Shown here: piece by piece, positions 59,185 through 64,000 of the stretch
Position numbering within the stretch: position 1 is the stretch's first letter
Layout of the letters: each line of letters opens with the position of its first letter
Origin: Convolutriloba macropyga
Taxonomy: Eukaryota
Assembly (NCBI RefSeq): GCF_964194025.1
Contig: NC_134478.1
Span: 53,010,001 to 53,074,000 of the forward strand
Direction of reading: 5' to 3'
Length of the DNA stretch: 64,000 bases
Translations under genes and position numbers: made by a program
Notes under the pieces: generated by a model
Databases searched by the model: none
What the model was told of the DNA's origin: nothing
Seen by the model: only the letters and a program-made list of their open reading frames with translations

Positions 59185-60690
59185 TTTACAATAGAAAACA
59201 AACAAGAGTTGAATTACATAATAGGAGTTTAACAATTACATATTCAAATAATTAGAAATAATTAGAAATTACTAGGAAGTTGGTTTTTTGCTGCTCATAG
59301 GTGTTAATAGCCACATCTTTGGGTATGATGCAACAATGATTTTAGTGATCATGGTTGGCAGAGAGGTCGACAAAAAAACTGTCATTAGTGTAAACAACAT
59401 ATGATAGCAGACCATTCTATAGAACTGGGCTAGAAGCAATACAAGCTCTGCTGTATCATGCGCTTGGTTGATTTGGTGCAGTTATTTAGAATAGAACTTA
59501 TGATTTTAAAGGGTTATCAAAAATAAACTTCATCGATGATAAGCAGGCGTTGAGCTTAATTTTTGAGTTGGTCAATGCACTATAATTTATTTTTTGCAGC
59601 TTTCCTTTTAACCAAATGATTATTATTATTATAGTACGAAATGGTGGATATCTCCTTCTGGTTTAGTTTAATTTCACATTCTGTTTTTGCAATTTTTAGA
59701 GTCTTTTTTAATTTTTTCGAATTGCTTGAAGTACTTTACCTGCCTACCTATTTTTTTGGTTAATGATTTTCCCGCTATATGCTTGTGTTGTTTTTCAGAG
59801 TATCTTCAACATTTCGCCTGCTGTTTTATAATCCAACCAAACAGAACACGGAAAATTCAATATTCAAAAGTTAGTTGTCGGGCCTCGCCACTCGATCAAA
59901 TGGAAATCTAACGGAATGCAAAAGTTAAGCTAAACACTCAATACCTCACTTGTACTGCAATTGACAATAGAAAACAAATACTAGTGGAAAACAATTACAT
60001 ATTAAGAGAACTAGCAATAATTAGAAATTATATGAAAATTTCGTTTTTGCAGCTCATAGGTGTTAACAGCCACATTTTTGGGTATGATGCAACAATGATC
60101 GTAGTGATCATGAATGGCAGAGAGGTCAACAAAAAACTGTCATTAATGCAAACAACATGTAAAAGCAGACCATTCTCTGGAACTGGGCTAGAAGCAATCC
60201 AAGCTCTGCTCTATCATGCGCTCGGTGGATTTGGTGCATCACATTCTGTTTTTGCAATTTTTTGGAGTCTTTTTAATTTTTTCGAATTGCCTGAGGTTCT
60301 TTACCTGCCTACCTTTTTTTTGGTTAATGATTTTCCCGCTATACGCTTGTGTTGCTTTTCAGAGTATCTTCAACATTTCGCCAGTTGTTTTATAATCCAC
60401 CAAAACAGGAGACGGAAAATTCAATATTCAAAAGTTAGTTGTCGGGCCTCGCAAATTGGTCAAATGGAAAACTAACGAATTGCAAAGTTAAGCTAAACTC
60501 TCAAAACCTCAATTGTACTGCAATTGAAAATAGAAAACAAATAAGAGTTGAAAACAATTACTTATTAAGAGAATTGGCAATAAGTAGAAATTCTACGAAA
60601 AATTCGTTTTTGCAGCTCATAAGTGTTATTAGCCACACTTTTGGGTATGATGCCATAATGTTCGTAGTGTTCATGGATAGCAAAGAGGTT
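59185..60690 (+). repeat. Three-copy tandem repeat (unit about 565 bp; about 200 bp of unrelated sequence between copies 1 and 2)
   Basis: aatagaaaacaaa and gctcata.gtgtta..agccaca.tttgggtatgatgc recur near 59190/59293, 59967/60052 and 60529/60615. Confidence 0.85.
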
Positions 60691-60749
60691 ATCCTAATCA
60701 AATGGTAAACACATTTGGTTCTTCAGTGTTTCCCTTCCCAAACTGAAAA

Positions 60750-61070
60750 TTTCCCTTTTTTGTGTTTTGACAAACCATATACAGCTCGGTTTTCATATCT
60801 TTTGATCCAATGTCTCATGCTTCTGTTCAATGGAAAATGAACGAAATGCAAAAGTTAAGATAAGCGAGAAGTTAATAGCCACTCTTTTTCGTACAAAAAA
60901 GAAGCCAATCAACAATTAGATCAACAGGAAAGCTAAAAAAATGTTTCATACAACGATCTACACAACAAGGGAACTTAAAACCTGCTTACATTCTAAAAGT
61001 CTAACTTATATCAGCTTCTAAAATCGGGCTTGTTCTTTGAAAAAACATGTAGTGGTTGCATTTTCATCTA
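60750..61070 (+). repeat. Local repeat, second copy about 62938-63250; adjacent segment about 61270-61620 repeated at about 62580-62900
   Basis: tttcccttttttgtgttttgacaaaccatatacagctc...catacaacgatctacacaacaagggaac is shared between the copies. Confidence 0.85.
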
Positions 61071-63250
61071 CTCCGTGCAGATTTCCGGACAAGCAAAACA
61101 TCAGAAAATTGTCGCCGGGTAAGCGTTTGTGCGACTGATAGGGAACCTCACGAGCGGCTAATCAGTATTTAATTTATCTGCGCAAAATGCCAAAGAATCT
61201 TAAAACTCTAGAAGCAATACATATAGCACCAACAAATCAACTGCTGAAAAAATGCAATCAGTGCGAAGCCGGCAGCTGACAATAATTAGCAGTCTACATT
61301 AAGCATTCTGTTTTGTTTTAATTTTACATATTATCATTTCGAACAAAGAAATCATACAAATTGTTAAGAAAAAAGGCAGAAAATAATAGAAAATTGTTTG
61401 AAAGCCAAAATCCAAGATCAGCGAAAATTTATTGATAGATAACAAAAGATAAAATTTAAGAAATTGTCTTACTTTTTTTTACAAAAAACAGTATTCCAAA
61501 ATCTCTTATTTTATTGCTTTTGTTTAATGTTTGTAATGAAATCACTTTATTTTAATAATTAATTTTATTTGTAATGAGAAAAACTTTAAATTGCATTTAA
61601 ACTGATGATCCTAGGTATACATTTGAAAAAAAATTCATAATTGACTTAGTTGATTATCAACTGAATGATTTCATGAAAGCTTTCAATTTCCGTCTGTAAA
61701 TTCCAATTCCTCGGTGTTGTCCGCCTGTTTCGCAGCAGATTAAAGATTGTCAGGTCGACATCTGCCTTGTTTAGAAAAAAAAATTAGAGGCAATCTTGCT
61801 GCGTTCTCTTGATAATTCTATTAGCAATTTTTTGTGTGTTGATTGAAGTTTATCTGAAGCATCTGATAACAACTTTGGCCCTCAATTTTCATTAGTACTG
61901 ATTAGCTAACGAATTGTGTTCATTGTTAATTGAAATACTTGCAAGCCTTTCTCTCTATAGCTTTTTTAGAGAATGGCAATATAGAAGGCGTCAATAGGAT
62001 TGCTCCTGCTAAATTTAGTAAAATGATTTTGCTTAGAGCTTTATTGCAAAAAATTGGGTTGTTAAATCGTTAAATATAGGACCAAAACTTTGCAACAAAA
62101 ATTACTATATTTTAGAAAAATGGGATTTGTTCATTGAAATATCGTTCAAATGATCTAGAACACTGACGTTATTGCCATAAATTACAATGAAATTGTGTTA
62201 ATTAATGAAAACAAAACTAAAAATTGAACACAGGAAATTTTTTTTTGAAATTGAGTTTCACAATTAGGTCATCTTGTTTGAGCTTCTATAAAACTTGAAA
62301 ATACAATGTCACCAATGTCAACAGCTTCTAATGAGCTGAAACAGCAATCTATTTTATTTCAGTCTTGACATCATGTGATATATGGATTCCTGCTACTGAT
62401 AAAGATGCTTTTTGTCCTTGGAATTGAAACTTGAACACAATCGATTTGTCAAATCTGAATTATACCTTGCTAGTACGTTTAAGGTTTAATCTCTGTTCGT
62501 CAGTTTCACTAACAACAATTGGAGTCCTTCTTGGTTTCACCAAAGGAACTGCTGGAAAATTGCAATCAGTGCTAAAGCCGGGAGCTGACGATAATTAGCG
62601 GTCAAATTTAGGCTTTCTGGTGTTTTATGTTTACATTTTATCAATTCGAACAGAAAAATCACAAAAATTGTTATCGAAATGGTAGAAAATCATAGAAGTT
62701 TTTTAAAAGCCAAACACCAAGATCAGCGAAAGTTAATTATTACGTAAAAAAAAAGTAAAATTTAAAAAATTGTGTTTTTACAAAAAAAACAGTATTCCAA
62801 ATTCTCTTTTTTATTGCTTTTGTTTAATGTTTGTAATGAAATTATTTTATTTGTTAAAAGAACACTTTTTAACTGCGTTTCTCCTAATCATCCCAGAGAT
62901 AGCGTAAACAATTGTAAATAAAAAAACAATTAAAAATTTCCCTTTTTTTGTGTTTTGACAAACCATATACAGCTCTTTTTTCATATCTTTTGATCCAATG
63001 TCTCATGCTTGTGTTCAATGGAAAATGAACAAAATTCAAAAGTTAAGCTGAACGAGAAGTTTATAGCCACTCTTTTTCGTACAAAAACGAAGCCAATTAT
63101 GAATTAGACCAACAGGAAAGCTAAAAAAATTGTTTCATACAACGATCTACACAACAAGGGAACATAAAACCTGCTAACATTCTAAATGTCTAACTTATAT
63201 CAGCTTCTAAAATCAGGCTTTTTCTTTGAAAAAGCATGTAGTCGTTGCAT

Positions 63251-64000
63251 TAGAGATATTTATGTTGTTGTTGTGGCTTCCTGGGGTTTGACACCAGAGG
63301 GATTTCTCCGATAACTTCTGTTTAGAACGATGTCCAAATGTTGCAACAACACAGCAGTCGCAACATAGTTGCCATGTGTAAAGATTTGAATCAGAGAATC
63401 TGTTGTCGACAAACTTCCACATCAGGTTGACTATTCGCAATTTTAGACCGACAGGGTTGGCAAACTGAATTCTTCGTTTATTCTGCTAATGACTCTTCAT
63501 GTCCGGTAGACAAATTCTCCACGAGTCTTTTCTTTCTTGCACTTGTTTAGCTTAAAAAACATCGTGGAACTACCAGATTCAGGGTTGCAATTGAGAATGT
63601 TGATGTTATGTTCTTCAACAAGTAGTTTGGACATGAGCAGAATGCCGTTGCACTGCATGAAGAGCGGAAGAGGTAGTACGTTGAGGAGACGTAGCTGTTG
63701 GAGGTAGCTTCGATTGGAGTCATAGCAGGCCCAGTTCAAGGCACGTTTTTGAAAGCTCTCTAAGTCTCTGGTTGAACCACGGCTCAACCGTACGCATTCC
63801 GTAGAGCACTATTGGCAGAAGAATGCATTTATATTCTCCGAGTTTGACAGATTCATTGACTTTCGGCGAAACGTTTTACCCATTAAAGCAGAAGGGACAT
63901 TATGCCACCAAATCTCAGCGGAAGGGACATCAGATTACGTTGTCTTTCATTTACATTATCAATAATTCTGTACCATCATCCGAAGATATTCCTGGCACCT
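63251..64000 (-). mobile_element. LINE 3' end fragment, copy 2 (with shared flank; runs off the window)
   Basis: Highly similar to 55277-56023, including the non-CR1 sequence beyond 55905. Confidence 0.85.

Noticed and set aside
59687-60708. ORFs up to 163 aa in the three-copy repeat
   Set aside because: Frames and stops are not conserved between copies; no recognisable domain.

Overview
AT-rich, repeat-dense metazoan (invertebrate-like) genomic DNA with one N gap (923-1059). The ORF track misses most of the real genes because they are spliced. The main gene, assembled by hand, is a complete six-exon progranulin-like gene on the minus strand: complement(join(9955..10070,14772..15044,26401..26564,30221..30437,39762..39978,42906..43016)). 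It is 1098 nt/365 aa and all exon phases agree. It encodes a signal peptide, a canonical 12-Cys granulin, an RRKR site, an extended 15-Cys granulin with an extra hairpin unit, a linker with a GKR site, and a final canonical granulin. Intron 1 appears to use a GC donor. Also present are the first exon of a secreted trypsin-family protease (5027-5330, minus; no intact remainder found) and a single-coding-exon COX7A/Cox7-like mitochondrial protein (52626-52907, minus). Introns and intergenic DNA contain many mobile-element remnants: a Polinton/Maverick right end (polB C-terminus plus ACTACT tip), LINE fragments, a Gypsy-like LTR+PBS+gag fragment, EnSpm/CACTA-like and MULE-like MITEs, tRNA-derived SINE-like heads, a decayed tandem cluster of an uncharacterised HDAGG...GPGY protein, and several 1-1.4 kb local duplications whose breakpoints coincide with element termini. 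All alignments and identities were judged by eye.
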